Origin: Ramlibacter sp.
Lineage (GTDB): Bacteria > Pseudomonadota > Gammaproteobacteria > Burkholderiales > Burkholderiaceae_C
Direction: 5' to 3'
DNA: 64,000 nucleotides
Assembly: GCF_041916345.1 (NCBI RefSeq)
Contig: NZ_JAYRZR010000007.1
Coordinates: 14,450 to 78,449 of the forward strand
Position numbers and translations under genes: made by a program. How positions within the stretch are numbered: the first letter of the stretch is position 1; the number at the start of each line of letters is the position of its first letter. Below, one piece after another: positions 1 to 8,505 of the stretch. Under the pieces are notes generated by a model, which did no database searches, was not told the origin of the DNA, and saw nothing but the letters and a program-made list of their open reading frames with translations.

Positions 1-72
1 GTCCACCAGGTGGGCGAGGGAGCCCTGCGATGCACCGCCGGCGGGGCCCTCCTGGACCATCACTGTCATCAT
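1..72 (-). CDS. 5-prime end of an unidentified CDS that runs off the left edge (MMTVMVQEGPAGGASQGSLAHLVD...)
   Basis: Minus-strand ATG at 72 (second ATG at 69) with AGGAGA 6 nt upstream. The frame stays open to the window edge. Only 24 codons are visible, so no family call. Confidence 0.4.
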   Translation of the reverse strand, partial: MMTVMVQEGPAGGASQGSLAHLVD

Positions 73-142
73 GGCTTGTCTCCTGTCCTTGGATGACGTC
101 ACTGGCAGGCGCGGATCTGAAGGCCCGCTGCAATTCCGTGAC

Positions 143-170
143 GCGTAATCAGATTACGCTTTGCGTAATC
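143..170. promoter_or_regulatory. Operator-like palindrome GCGTAATC-A-GATTACGC plus a third GCGTAATC half-site
   Basis: Perfect 17-bp palindrome at 143..159 and a direct third half-site at 163..170. They lie in the intergenic region upstream of the left-edge gene and just downstream of the IclR-family gene. Confidence 0.45.
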
Positions 171-198
171 CCGACCGGATCCGGATAAACCCTGATAT

Positions 199-218
199 CC
201 GACCGACGGGACGGACTA
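199..218. promoter_or_regulatory. Copy A of the recurrent 20-bp inverted repeat (CCGACCG-ACGGGA-CGGACTA)
   Basis: Matches the TARWCCG-N6-CGGWYTA family seen five more times in the window. The left arm is degenerate. It abuts the stop codon (219..221) of the IclR gene and lies 127 nt upstream of the ATG at 72. Confidence 0.5.
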
Positions 219-1058
219 TCAGGCGCTCCAGCCCATGCGGCGGGAGGCCTCTTCCGCGCGGGTCGCCAGCACCCGGGCGGTCGGGCCGTCGAGGTTGGTG
301 TCGATCAGGCCGGCCGGCCCCATCAGTGTGATGACCCCCACCACCGCATCGGCATGGTCGAACACGGGGGCCGACAGGCCATGCAGGCCCGGGTTCAGAT
401 CGCCCAGCACGCGCGCCATGCGGCGCTGGCGCACCTCGGTGAACAGGGCCTCCACCTCGGCGGGCGTCGGCGGCTTGCGCTGCGGCATGGGTGTGGCGCC
501 AGGGTGCGGCGTGCCCGCCAGCTCGCGCGCGATGAAGGGGCCGGTCACGGTGCGGGGCATGTAGGCGCCGAAGACGCGCCCGGTGGAGGAGGTGAGCACC
601 GGCATCACCGAGCCCGGTCGCCCGCTGATGATGAGTGCGTCGTTGGTTTCCTCGAAGCGCACGAAGGTCGGCCCGGCCGCCCCCCACACCGCCAGGCCGG
701 CGGTGAAGCCGAGTTCATCGCGCAAGTGCCCCAGGTAGGGTGCGGCGACCTGCACCACATCGAGATGGCGCAACGCGGCCAGGCCCAGGCGCACGGCCAG
801 CGGGCCCAGCCGGTAGCCGCCGGTGGCGGGGTCGCGCTCGGCCAGGCCGCCGCGGCAGAAGCTGACCAGGTAGCGGTGCGCCTTGGGCGGCTGCATGTCG
901 GCGCGCTCGGCCACCGTCTTCAGCGGCAGCGGCGCGCCCATGCCGATCAGGGCGGACAGCACGCGCAGCGCGGTGTCCACGGCCTGTACGCCGCCCGCCT
1001 CGTCGTCACCCTGGATCGAACCCTGCTCTTCGCTCATCTCCGCATCGTCGTCGCGCAT
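219..1058 (-). CDS. IclR-family transcriptional regulator
   Basis: ORF 219..1259 trimmed to the Met at 1058 (MRDDDAEMSEEQG...). It has an N-terminal winged HTH (ALRVLSAL..PLPLKTVAERADMQPPKAHRYLVSF) and a C-terminal IclR effector domain. Upstream ORF residues are Pro/Ala/Arg-rich GC artefact. Confidence 0.85.
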   Translation of the reverse strand: MRDDDAEMSEEQGSIQGDDEAGGVQAVDTALRVLSALIGMGAPLPLKTVAERADMQPPKAHRYLVSFCRGGLAERDPATGGYRLGPLAVRLGLAALRHLDVVQVAAPYLGHLRDELGFTAGLAVWGAAGPTFVRFEETNDALIISGRPGSVMPVLTSSTGRVFGAYMPRTVTGPFIARELAGTPHPGATPMPQRKPPTPAEVEALFTEVRQRRMARVLGDLNPGLHGLSAPVFDHADAVVGVITLMGPAGLIDTNLDGPTARVLATRAEEASRRMGWSA

Positions 1059-1110
1059 GCCTGGGGCCTCCTGATCGCGCGCGCAGACTAGCACGCGCCA
1101 GGGGCCCGGA

Positions 1111-1710
1111 TCACCCCCTGGCAGCCGCCAGCAGCGCCGCGAACTTCGCCACGCGCTGGCCCTGGTAGCGGGCGGCGGCCAGGGCCTCGGCGGCCACCGA
1201 GGCGCCGGCGGTGAAGCTGCTGCCGTAGGGGTTGCCGCCGGCGGCCTTGACGCTGGCATCGGTATAGCCGGGCGGCACGATCACCGAGCCCCAGTGATAG
1301 AACATGTGGTGCAGCGCGAGCAGGGTGGATTCCTGGCCGCCGTGCCGGTTGCCCGCGCCGGTGAAGGCGGCCGCGGCCTTGTCCTGCAGCTTGCCCGTGG
1401 CCCACAGCGGGCCGGTGGTGTCAATGAACTGCTTCATCTGCGCCGCCGGCAGCCCGAAGCGCGTGGGCGAGCCGAACACGTAGCCGTCGGCCCACTCCAG
1501 ATCCGCCAGCGTGGCCTCGGGCACGTCGCGCGTGGCCTCCAGGTGCGCGCCCCAGGCGGGCTTGCTGGCGATGGCCTCGGGGCCGGCGAGCTCGCGCACC
1601 TTGCGCAGCCGCGTCTCGGCGCCGGCCGCCAGGGCGCCGGCCTCCACGGCCTGGGCCATCTCGTAGGTGTTGCCGGTGCTGCTGTAGTAGACGATGGTGA
1701 TGCGGGCCAT
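1111..1710 (-). CDS. wrbA: NAD(P)H:quinone oxidoreductase, flavodoxin-like (WrbA type)
   Basis: ORF 1111..2442 trimmed to MARITIVYYSSTGNTYEMA (FMN loop SSTGNT), giving 199 aa. It ends in a typical WrbA C-terminal half (GGQESTLLALHHMFYHWG). Confidence 0.85.
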   Translation of the reverse strand: MARITIVYYSSTGNTYEMAQAVEAGALAAGAETRLRKVRELAGPEAIASKPAWGAHLEATRDVPEATLADLEWADGYVFGSPTRFGLPAAQMKQFIDTTGPLWATGKLQDKAAAAFTGAGNRHGGQESTLLALHHMFYHWGSVIVPPGYTDASVKAAGGNPYGSSFTAGASVAAEALAAARYQGQRVAKFAALLAAARG

Positions 1711-1715
1711 GGGGG

Positions 1716-2669
1716 TCAGTCGACGAGGAGGACGATCTTGCCGAAGTGCTGGTTCGCGGCCATGCGGGCCAGCGCGGCCCCGGCCTCGGCCAGCGGGAAG
1801 CGGCTGTCGATGGGCAGGCGCAGCTGGCGCGCGGCGACAGCGGCGCCCAGGTCGGCCAGCATGCGGGCATTGAGTTCGCGGATCTCCGCCACCGATCGGG
1901 TGCGGAAGGTCACGCCGATGTAGCTGAGGCGGCGCAGCGCGTGCAGCTGGAAATCGAACGGGCTGTCGGCGCCGCCCAGGCGGCCCAGGTTGACGATGCG
2001 CCCGCCGATGGCCGCGGTCTTCATGGTGCTGGCGAAGTCGCGGCCGGTGACCTGGTCCACCACCACCTCCACGCCCTTGCCGCCCGTGGCCGCGAGGATG
2101 CGCTCGTGCCAGCCGGCCTGCGATGCGTCGATGGCGGTGGTGGCGCCGAACTCGGCGAGCCGCGCCAGTCGCCCCGCGTGGGTGCCGGTGCCGAAGACCT
2201 GGCCCGCGCCCAGCAGCCGTGCGATCTGCATGCCCATGAGGCCGACGCCGGAGGAGGCACCGTGGATCAGCACGTCCTGCCCGCGCTGCAGCCGCCCGTG
2301 GGTGACCAGCGCGTCGTGCATGGCCTGCAGGGCCAGCGTGAGGATGGTGGCCTCGTCGTAGGGCAACGTGGCGTCGGGGATGCGGCAGGCGCGGCCGCCG
2401 TCGGTGACCGCGTACTCGGCATAGGCGCCGGCGCCGGTGCACATCACGCGGTCGCCGGGCTTCCAGGGGCCGGCGTCCGGGCCGGCCTCCACCACTTCAC
2501 CGGCCCATTCCATGCCGATGACCTTGCCGTCCTTCGCGGCGAGCCCGGCGAGATCGGCACGGTTCAGGCTGGCGGCCTTCACGCGCACCAGGATCTCGTG
2601 CGCCTGCGGGCGGGGAACGGGCACTTCGGCCAGGGTGGCGCCCTCGGGCGCGGCGATGATTGCTTTCAT
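1716..2669 (-). CDS. Quinone oxidoreductase / zinc-type alcohol dehydrogenase superfamily (MDR) protein
   Basis: MKAIIAAPEGATLAEVPVPRP.. start at 2669. Rossmann motif GASSGVG is present. The stop lies 5 nt upstream of wrbA on the same strand (probable operon). Confidence 0.85.
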   Translation of the reverse strand: MKAIIAAPEGATLAEVPVPRPQAHEILVRVKAASLNRADLAGLAAKDGKVIGMEWAGEVVEAGPDAGPWKPGDRVMCTGAGAYAEYAVTDGGRACRIPDATLPYDEATILTLALQAMHDALVTHGRLQRGQDVLIHGASSGVGLMGMQIARLLGAGQVFGTGTHAGRLARLAEFGATTAIDASQAGWHERILAATGGKGVEVVVDQVTGRDFASTMKTAAIGGRIVNLGRLGGADSPFDFQLHALRRLSYIGVTFRTRSVAEIRELNARMLADLGAAVAARQLRLPIDSRFPLAEAGAALARMAANQHFGKIVLLVD

Positions 2670-2749
2670 GCGGGACAGCATAGGCAGGCCGCGCGCTGTC
2701 GTATGCCCCCCTTCGATGGGACAGACACGACCGGCCACAGGCGGTCAAG

Positions 2750-3427
2750 ATGGCGGGCATGATCTACGAACTGCGCCTCTATTCCGTGGCCCCGGGCCGC
2801 ATGGACGACGTGCACGAGCGCTTCGCCCGCCACCTGCCCGTGCTGTTCGAGCGCCACGGCGTGCGGCTGGTGGGGCGCTGGCATGCGCTGGCGGGGCCCG
2901 ACGCGCCGCGCTTCGTGTACCTCATCGCCTACCGCGACTACGCCGAGCGCGAGGCGGTGTGGTCCGCCTTCTACCAGGACGCCGACTGGTGGCGCATCCG
3001 CGCCGAGACCAATGCCGGGCATGAGATGGTGGAGCGGCACGACCTGTTCTTCCTCAAGCCCAACGCGGCCTGGCCGCCCGCGGCGGACGCGCAGGCGCCG
3101 GTGGGCGGCCTGCATGAGCTGGTGCAGCAGCAGATCGCGCCCGGGCAGAATGCGCGCGCCAACGCGTTCCTGAAAGACGTTCAGCTGCCGCTGCTGCGCG
3201 AGGCCGGCGCGCAGGTGCTGGGCGTGTTCGACATGGCCGCCGGCGCCGGCATGCAGAAGGTGGTGCAGCTCATCGCCTGGCCCGATGCGGCCACGTGGCA
3301 TGCGGGGCGGCGGATGATCGATGCGCACGAAGGGCTGCGCGCCGCGCTGAAGGCGCAGCGCGAGTCGGCCGCGGGGCCGGTGTTCGAGCGGGCGGAGGTG
3401 AACCTGCTGGAGCCGGGGGCGCAGTGA
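2750..3427 (+). CDS. NIPSNAP-family protein (two tandem NIPSNAP-like halves)
   Basis: IYELRLYSVAPGRM.. and a second half LHELVQQQIAPGQ... It is divergent from the QOR-wrbA pair. The start could instead be Met4 at 2759. Confidence 0.75.
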   Translation: MAGMIYELRLYSVAPGRMDDVHERFARHLPVLFERHGVRLVGRWHALAGPDAPRFVYLIAYRDYAEREAVWSAFYQDADWWRIRAETNAGHEMVERHDLFFLKPNAAWPPAADAQAPVGGLHELVQQQIAPGQNARANAFLKDVQLPLLREAGAQVLGVFDMAAGAGMQKVVQLIAWPDAATWHAGRRMIDAHEGLRAALKAQRESAAGPVFERAEVNLLEPGAQ

Positions 3428-3431
3428 TCCA

Positions 3432-3463
3432 CCCGTCATCCCCGCCTACGCGGGGATGACGGG
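3432..3463. terminator. REP-like GC hairpin between convergent genes (CCCGTCATCCCCGC-CTAC-GCGGGGATGACGGG)
   Basis: 14-bp perfect stem with a 4-nt loop, followed by a partial extra arm GGGGATGACG at 3470..3479. It sits between the stops of the NIPSNAP (+) and SDR (-) genes. No U-tract. Confidence 0.6.
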
Positions 3464-3480
3464 AGCCACGGGGATGACGA

Positions 3481-4317
3481 TCAGGATGCGCCCGCGTCCT
3501 TCTTCTCGAAGCCCGGCCGCGGGATCAGGGTGAGCCAGGCGGACGACAGGCCACCATCCACCAGCACGTCCTGCCCGTTCACGTAGCCCGCGCGCGGGCT
3601 GGCGAGGTAGACGATCACTTCGGCCAGGTCGGCCGGGCCGCTGACGCGTCGCGCGGGCACGATCTGCTCGCGCTTCTTCAGCACCTCGGGGTTCTCGTAG
3701 ATCACGGTGGTGAGCGGCGTGCGCACCATGGCCGGGCTCACCACGTTGCTGCGGATGCCGTGCTCGGCCAGCTCCACTGCCAGCAGGCCCGACAGCATCT
3801 TCACGCCCGCCTTGCTCACGCTGTAGGGGCCGCTGAAGGGCTGCGGCACGCGGCCGGAGATGGAGGCCACGTGGACCATGCTGCCGCCGCGCCCGCTGGC
3901 GATCATCTGCCGGCCGAAGGCCTGGGCGCACAGCAGGTAGCCGTTCACGTTCACGTTCATGGCGTGGTTCCAGCGCGCCAGGTCCACATCCATCAGGGCG
4001 GCCGCGTAGATGGCGGCGGCATTGTTCACCAGCACATGGCATGCGCCCAGCTCGCGCTGCACCGTGTCGGCGGCGCGCTGCACCGCGGCCGGGTCACTCA
4101 CGTCGCAGCCCAGGCCGATGGCGCGCGCGCCGGTGGCGGCGATCTCGGCGGCCACGCGCTGCGCGCCGGCCTCGTCGCGGTCCAGCAGCGCGACCTGCGC
4201 GCCGACGCGGGCGAACTCGCGCGCGGTCTCGGCGCCGATGCCGCTGGCCGAGCCGGTGACGACGACGACTTGTCCTTCAAGAGCCAGCCAGCCGGCTGGG
4301 GAGGGGGTGGAAGACAT
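3481..4317 (-). CDS. Short-chain dehydrogenase/reductase (SDR)
   Basis: ORF trimmed to MSSTPSPAGW at 4317. Motifs present: TGSASGIG cofactor motif, NNAA, YSVSK catalytic Y-x3-K. Confidence 0.85.
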   Translation of the reverse strand: MSSTPSPAGWLALEGQVVVVTGSASGIGAETAREFARVGAQVALLDRDEAGAQRVAAEIAATGARAIGLGCDVSDPAAVQRAADTVQRELGACHVLVNNAAAIYAAALMDVDLARWNHAMNVNVNGYLLCAQAFGRQMIASGRGGSMVHVASISGRVPQPFSGPYSVSKAGVKMLSGLLAVELAEHGIRSNVVSPAMVRTPLTTVIYENPEVLKKREQIVPARRVSGPADLAEVIVYLASPRAGYVNGQDVLVDGGLSSAWLTLIPRPGFEKKDAGAS

Positions 4318-4327
4318 CAGGGATTCC

Positions 4328-5569
4328 TCAGGAGGGGGTATGGGCGGCGGCCCGCGCGCGGGCCCGCAGCCGCCATGCGAAGAGCAGGGCCAGCACCAGC
4401 AGCCCGCCCGCGCAGGCAGCGAACAGCGGGCGGTAGCCGAGGTGGTCCACCACGCGGCCTGCCACGGCGACGCCGGAAGCGATGCCGATGAACATGGTGG
4501 CGGCGAACAGCGAGACAGCCGTGCCGCGCAGCGCAGGCACCATCTGCGTGGCATGGGTCTGCATCAGCCCGTGCAGCGAGTAGAAGCCGAGACCCGCCAG
4601 CGCCGCCGCGGGCAGTGCCATGGCCCAATGCGTGCCGAGCGCGAGCGCGGTCCACGCCAGTGCCAGCGCCACGCCGCCAGCCAGTGCCACCCCGGTCTCG
4701 CCGAGGCGTGGCACCAGCCAGCGGGCCGCGAACGCGTAGCCCAGGCCGCCCAGGCCATACAGCACCACGATGGCGGCGGCCGTGGACAGGCTGAGGCCGT
4801 AGCTGTGCGCCAGGAAGGCGGGCAGGAAGGCAACGGCGCCGAAGGCGAGGGCGCCCTCCACCGCCACGAAGGCGAGCATGGCGCGCGCCCAGGGCACGCT
4901 CAAGACATCCGCGATGGCGCGCAGGTGGCTGCGTGAGGCGCCGCCCGCGCGCCCTTCGCTGCGCAGGGCGCGGTCGAGGATGATGATCGTGCCGCCTGTG
5001 CCCAGCAGCAGCACCAGCAGCGCGAACACCGCGCGCCAGCCGACATGCTCGGTCAGTACGCCGGCCGCCCACTGCCCGGCCATCATGCCGGTGAGCGAGG
5101 CGGTGAGAAACCGAGCCAGCACGACCTGGCGTTCCGCATAGGGCACGGTGTCCCCGATCCAGGCCAGCACCAGCGCGATGATGCCGGCGGCGGCCGCGCC
5201 CGAGAGCACGCGGGCCAGCACCAGCACCTCCAGCGTGGGCGCGACCAGCGCCAGCAGGTTGCCCGCCACCGTGGCCAGCGCGGCAAAGCCGATCACCCGC
5301 CGCTTGCCCCAACGGTCACCCGCCGGGCCGAAGAAGAACTGCAGCAGACCGTAGGCGATGGCGTAGGCCGAGATGGTGGATGCGGCCTGGCCGGTGGTCA
5401 CGCCGAAGTCGCGCGCCAATGCCGGCAGCATCGGATCGCACACGCGCATCATCGCGGCGCTGCCGAAGTGCACGGCGAACAAGGCGACCAGGCCGCCCGG
5501 GCGCGGGGCGGCGCCAGCGGTAACCGGGGCCTGCGCGGAGGGGGAGGTGGGTGCGTGCGGCGACGTCAT
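4328..5569 (-). CDS. MFS transporter
   Basis: 413 aa with a 12-TM-like hydrophobic pattern and MFS motif A-like GPAGDRWGKRRV. It lies 10 nt upstream of the SDR on the same strand. Confidence 0.85.
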   Translation of the reverse strand: MTSPHAPTSPSAQAPVTAGAAPRPGGLVALFAVHFGSAAMMRVCDPMLPALARDFGVTTGQAASTISAYAIAYGLLQFFFGPAGDRWGKRRVIGFAALATVAGNLLALVAPTLEVLVLARVLSGAAAAGIIALVLAWIGDTVPYAERQVVLARFLTASLTGMMAGQWAAGVLTEHVGWRAVFALLVLLLGTGGTIIILDRALRSEGRAGGASRSHLRAIADVLSVPWARAMLAFVAVEGALAFGAVAFLPAFLAHSYGLSLSTAAAIVVLYGLGGLGYAFAARWLVPRLGETGVALAGGVALALAWTALALGTHWAMALPAAALAGLGFYSLHGLMQTHATQMVPALRGTAVSLFAATMFIGIASGVAVAGRVVDHLGYRPLFAACAGGLLVLALLFAWRLRARARAAAHTPS

Positions 5570-5591
5570 CCGTGTGGGCGGGCCGGCGCGC

Positions 5592-5915
5592 TCAGACTTG
5601 CGGATCGGCGACGCGCACCACGATGCCGGCGATCGACTCGCTCATCACGATCTGGCAGGCGAGGCGGCTGTTGGGCTGGCGGCCGGCGGCCGTGTAGTCG
5701 AGGATCTGGTCCTCGTTGGGCGCCATTGCCGGCAGCCGGTCGCTGAAGCCGTCTTCCACGAACACGTGGCAGGTGGCGCAGCTCATCGCGCCACCGCAGT
5801 CGCCCACGATGCCGTCGATGCCGTTGTCAGTGGCGGCGCGCATGAGGCTGGTGCCGATGGCGACGTCCAGTTCGCGCCGGGTACCGTCCGCGCAGACGAA
5901 GGTGGCTTGGGGCAT
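5592..5915 (-). CDS. [2Fe-2S] ferredoxin, adrenodoxin/putidaredoxin type
   Basis: ORF trimmed to MPQATFVCADG at 5915. Cys ligand pattern C-x5-C-x2-C (CGGAMSCATC) plus a distal LACQ. It is divergent from the P450 gene. Confidence 0.9.
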   Translation of the reverse strand: MPQATFVCADGTRRELDVAIGTSLMRAATDNGIDGIVGDCGGAMSCATCHVFVEDGFSDRLPAMAPNEDQILDYTAAGRQPNSRLACQIVMSESIAGIVVRVADPQV

Positions 5916-6046
5916 GGGTTCTCCTGGTGCAACTCGCACGCAGTGTGCGACGTGGCGGTCCGCGCGTCAGTCCCCTCGGCAGGGGACGGTGCGGGCGGCG
6001 GCGTGCGCGCACACTCACGGGCATCCCGCCTGCTGGAGCCCTGCCC

Positions 6047-7258
6047 ATGCCCGTGAACCTGCCGCCCCCCTCCGACGACGTGCCCGTGCTGCAGGTCGAT
6101 CCGTTCGATGTGGCGGTGCTGCGCGATCCCTATCCGTTCTTCAAGGCCCTGCGGGAGGCGGGCCCCGTGGCCTGGCTGGCGCCCTACGGCATCTACGCTA
6201 CCGGCCGCCATTCGGAGGCGACCACCGTGCTGTCACGCTGGCAGCAGTTCACCAATGCGGGCGGTGCCGGCCTGGCCGACATCCGCAAGCCCGGCAACTG
6301 GCGGCCGGCCAGCGTGATCCTGGAGGTGGACCCGCCCGCCCACACGGCCGTGCGCGGGGCGCTGCAGAAGATCCTGTCGCCGATCGTGGTGCGGCAGTGG
6401 CGCGAGAAGTTCCAGGCCGAGGCCGAGGCGATGGCCGACCAGCTGGTGGCGCGGGGCCGCTTCGACGGCATGCGCGACGCGGCCGAGGCCTTCGTGCTGC
6501 AGGTGTTCCCGCCGGCGGTGGGCATCCGCATCCCGCGCGAGAACGCACAGGCCATCGGCGACATGAACTTCAACGCCATCGGCCCGAACAACGAGCTGAC
6601 CAAGGCCGCCGTCGCCCGCGCCCAGCCCTACATGCAGTGGTACGAGGACAGCATGAAGCGCGAGGCCATGCTGCCCGGCGGCTTCGGTGAGCTGATCCAC
6701 CAGGCCGAGGATGCCGGCGCGCTGCAGAAGGGCTTCGCGGCGAACCTCACACGATCGTTCCTGCGCGGTGGCATGGACACCACCATCAGCGGCATCGGCT
6801 CGGCCCTGCTCGCCCTGGCGCGCGACCCGGCGCAGTGGGACCTTCTGCGCGCGGATCCAGCCCTGGTTCGCAACGCGTTCGACGAAGCGATCCGCCATGA
6901 GTCGCCGGTGCAGGTGATGTTCCGCACCACCTGCGAAGGCGCCGAACTGGGCGGCGTGGCGTTGGCGCCCGACATCAAGATCGCCGCCTTCATGGGCGCT
7001 GCCAATCGCGACACGCGCCAGTGGCCGGACGCCGACCGCTTCGACCTGCGCCGCCCCGTGGCCGGCCAGCACCTCGCCTTCGGCAGCGGCCCGCATGTGT
7101 GCATCGGCCAGATGATTGCGCGGCTGGAGGCGGAGTGCCTGATCGGCGCGCTGGCGCGGCGCGTGAAGCGGCTGCGGCTGGCGGGTGAGCCGGTGTATCG
7201 GCCGGTGAATACCTTGCGCACGCTGGACAGCCTGCCGCTGGAGGTGGAGGCGGGGTGA
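6047..7258 (+). CDS. Cytochrome P450 monooxygenase
   Basis: ORF 5927..7258 trimmed to MPVNLPPP at 6047. It has the ExxR motif (EAIRHESP) and heme-thiolate loop FGSGPHVCIGQ. 403 aa. Confidence 0.9.
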   Translation: MPVNLPPPSDDVPVLQVDPFDVAVLRDPYPFFKALREAGPVAWLAPYGIYATGRHSEATTVLSRWQQFTNAGGAGLADIRKPGNWRPASVILEVDPPAHTAVRGALQKILSPIVVRQWREKFQAEAEAMADQLVARGRFDGMRDAAEAFVLQVFPPAVGIRIPRENAQAIGDMNFNAIGPNNELTKAAVARAQPYMQWYEDSMKREAMLPGGFGELIHQAEDAGALQKGFAANLTRSFLRGGMDTTISGIGSALLALARDPAQWDLLRADPALVRNAFDEAIRHESPVQVMFRTTCEGAELGGVALAPDIKIAAFMGAANRDTRQWPDADRFDLRRPVAGQHLAFGSGPHVCIGQMIARLEAECLIGALARRVKRLRLAGEPVYRPVNTLRTLDSLPLEVEAG

Positions 7259-7314
7259 TGTCCGTCCCCCACCGGGTGACTGTCCCGCCCACCAGACCCC
7301 GCTAGAGTCCTGCC

Positions 7315-8496
7315 ATGAGCGCAACTCCCCAATTCCACACCGAGTGGGTCCACCTCCAGTACGAGGAGACCGCGGCCTTCACCGAGACCTACGGCTTCTC
7401 GGGCAACCAGGGCGCGGTGAACCTGGAGGCCATCCGCTTCCGGCCCGCGGACGGCCGGCCCTCCGACACGCTGATGGTGTTCATGCACCCCTCGTCCACG
7501 CTGCAGCTGTTGCCGGTGCCGCGCGCCATGGCCGCCGCGGGCGCGCACGTGCTGTGCGCGGGCAGCCGCTACCAGCGCAACGATACCGCGCTGATCCTCG
7601 AGAAGGTGCTGCTGGACCTGGGCGCCTACATCCGCCATGCCAAGACGGTGTGGGGCTACCGGCATGTGGTGCTGGTAGGGTGGAGCGGCGGCGGCTCGCT
7701 CGCGGTGAGCTACCAGTCGCAGGCCGAGCAGCCCACCATCACCCACACGCCGGCCGGCGACCCGGTGAACGTGAAGGGCGCCGGGCTGATCCCGGCCGAC
7801 GCGGTGATCTACCAGGCCGCGCATCTCTCGCGCGCGCACCTGCTGGCCGAGGTGATCGATCCCTCGGTGAAGGACGAACTGAACCCTGATGACCGTGACG
7901 TGGATCTCGACATCTACGACCCGCGCAACCCGAACCAGCCGCCCTACAGCGAGGCGTTCATCCAGCGCTATCGCGCCGCCCAGATGGCCCGCATGCGGCG
8001 CATCACGGCCTGGGCGAAGCAGTCGCTGGCCGAGCTGAAGGCGCGCAACACGGGCGAGCTGGAGCGCGGCTTCATCGTGCACCGCACCCTGGCCGATCCG
8101 CGCTTCCTGGATCCCGCGCTGGACCCCAACGACCGCCGGCCGCGCTGGTGCTACCTGGGCAACCCCGAGACGGTGAACACCGGCCCGGTGGGGCTGGCGC
8201 GCTTCACCACGCTGCGTTCGTGGCTCTCGCAATGGTCACTGGACGATTCCTGCGGCAACGGCCTGGAGGCGGTGAAGACCATCCGCGCGCCGCTGCTGGT
8301 GATCGAGAACACGGCCGATGATGCCGTGCCCACCACGCACCCGCGCATGCTGTTCGAGGCCGCCACCACGGCCGACAAGACTTTCAGCCAGATCCGCGGG
8401 GCCACGCACTACTACGCCGGCCAGCCCGAGCTGCTGGCCGAGGCGACGCGGCTGATCCAGTCGTGGCTGGTGGCGCGCGGCCTGCTGGAAGGCTGA
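7315..8496 (+). CDS. Alpha/beta-hydrolase fold protein (specific function unknown)
   Basis: 393 aa with nucleophile elbow GWSGGG (VLVGWSGGGSLA). No closer family recognised. Confidence 0.7.
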   Translation: MSATPQFHTEWVHLQYEETAAFTETYGFSGNQGAVNLEAIRFRPADGRPSDTLMVFMHPSSTLQLLPVPRAMAAAGAHVLCAGSRYQRNDTALILEKVLLDLGAYIRHAKTVWGYRHVVLVGWSGGGSLAVSYQSQAEQPTITHTPAGDPVNVKGAGLIPADAVIYQAAHLSRAHLLAEVIDPSVKDELNPDDRDVDLDIYDPRNPNQPPYSEAFIQRYRAAQMARMRRITAWAKQSLAELKARNTGELERGFIVHRTLADPRFLDPALDPNDRRPRWCYLGNPETVNTGPVGLARFTTLRSWLSQWSLDDSCGNGLEAVKTIRAPLLVIENTADDAVPTTHPRMLFEAATTADKTFSQIRGATHYYAGQPELLAEATRLIQSWLVARGLLEG

Positions 8497-8505
8497 GGGG
8501 GCACC

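Noticed and set aside
1111-2442. Very long N-terminal extensions on track ORFs. Examples: 1111..2442 (443 aa), 22218..24476 (752 aa), 34106..35902, 43743..46457 (904 aa), 47594..48979, 50492..51712, 50890..52215, 60123..62645 (840 aa).
   Set aside because: The extensions overlap upstream genes and are low-complexity. Internal starts with RBS-like sequences or ATGA/TGATG coupling give proteins of normal family length, so I trimmed them.
6628-8232. Long antisense or alternative-frame ORFs. Examples: 6628..8232, 8236..9891, 9963..11513, 12536..13849, 15579..17420, 20617..23271, 25537..28095, 32128..34344, 32187..34382, 35254..37110, 42474..44390, 44924..46900, 54572..56608, 56596..58602, 60150..61475.
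   Set aside because: Their translations are Arg/Ala/Gly/Pro/His-rich low-complexity strings with no recognisable motifs. Each lies opposite or out of frame to a gene with clear family signatures. This is the expected stop-codon-poor artefact of very GC-rich DNA.
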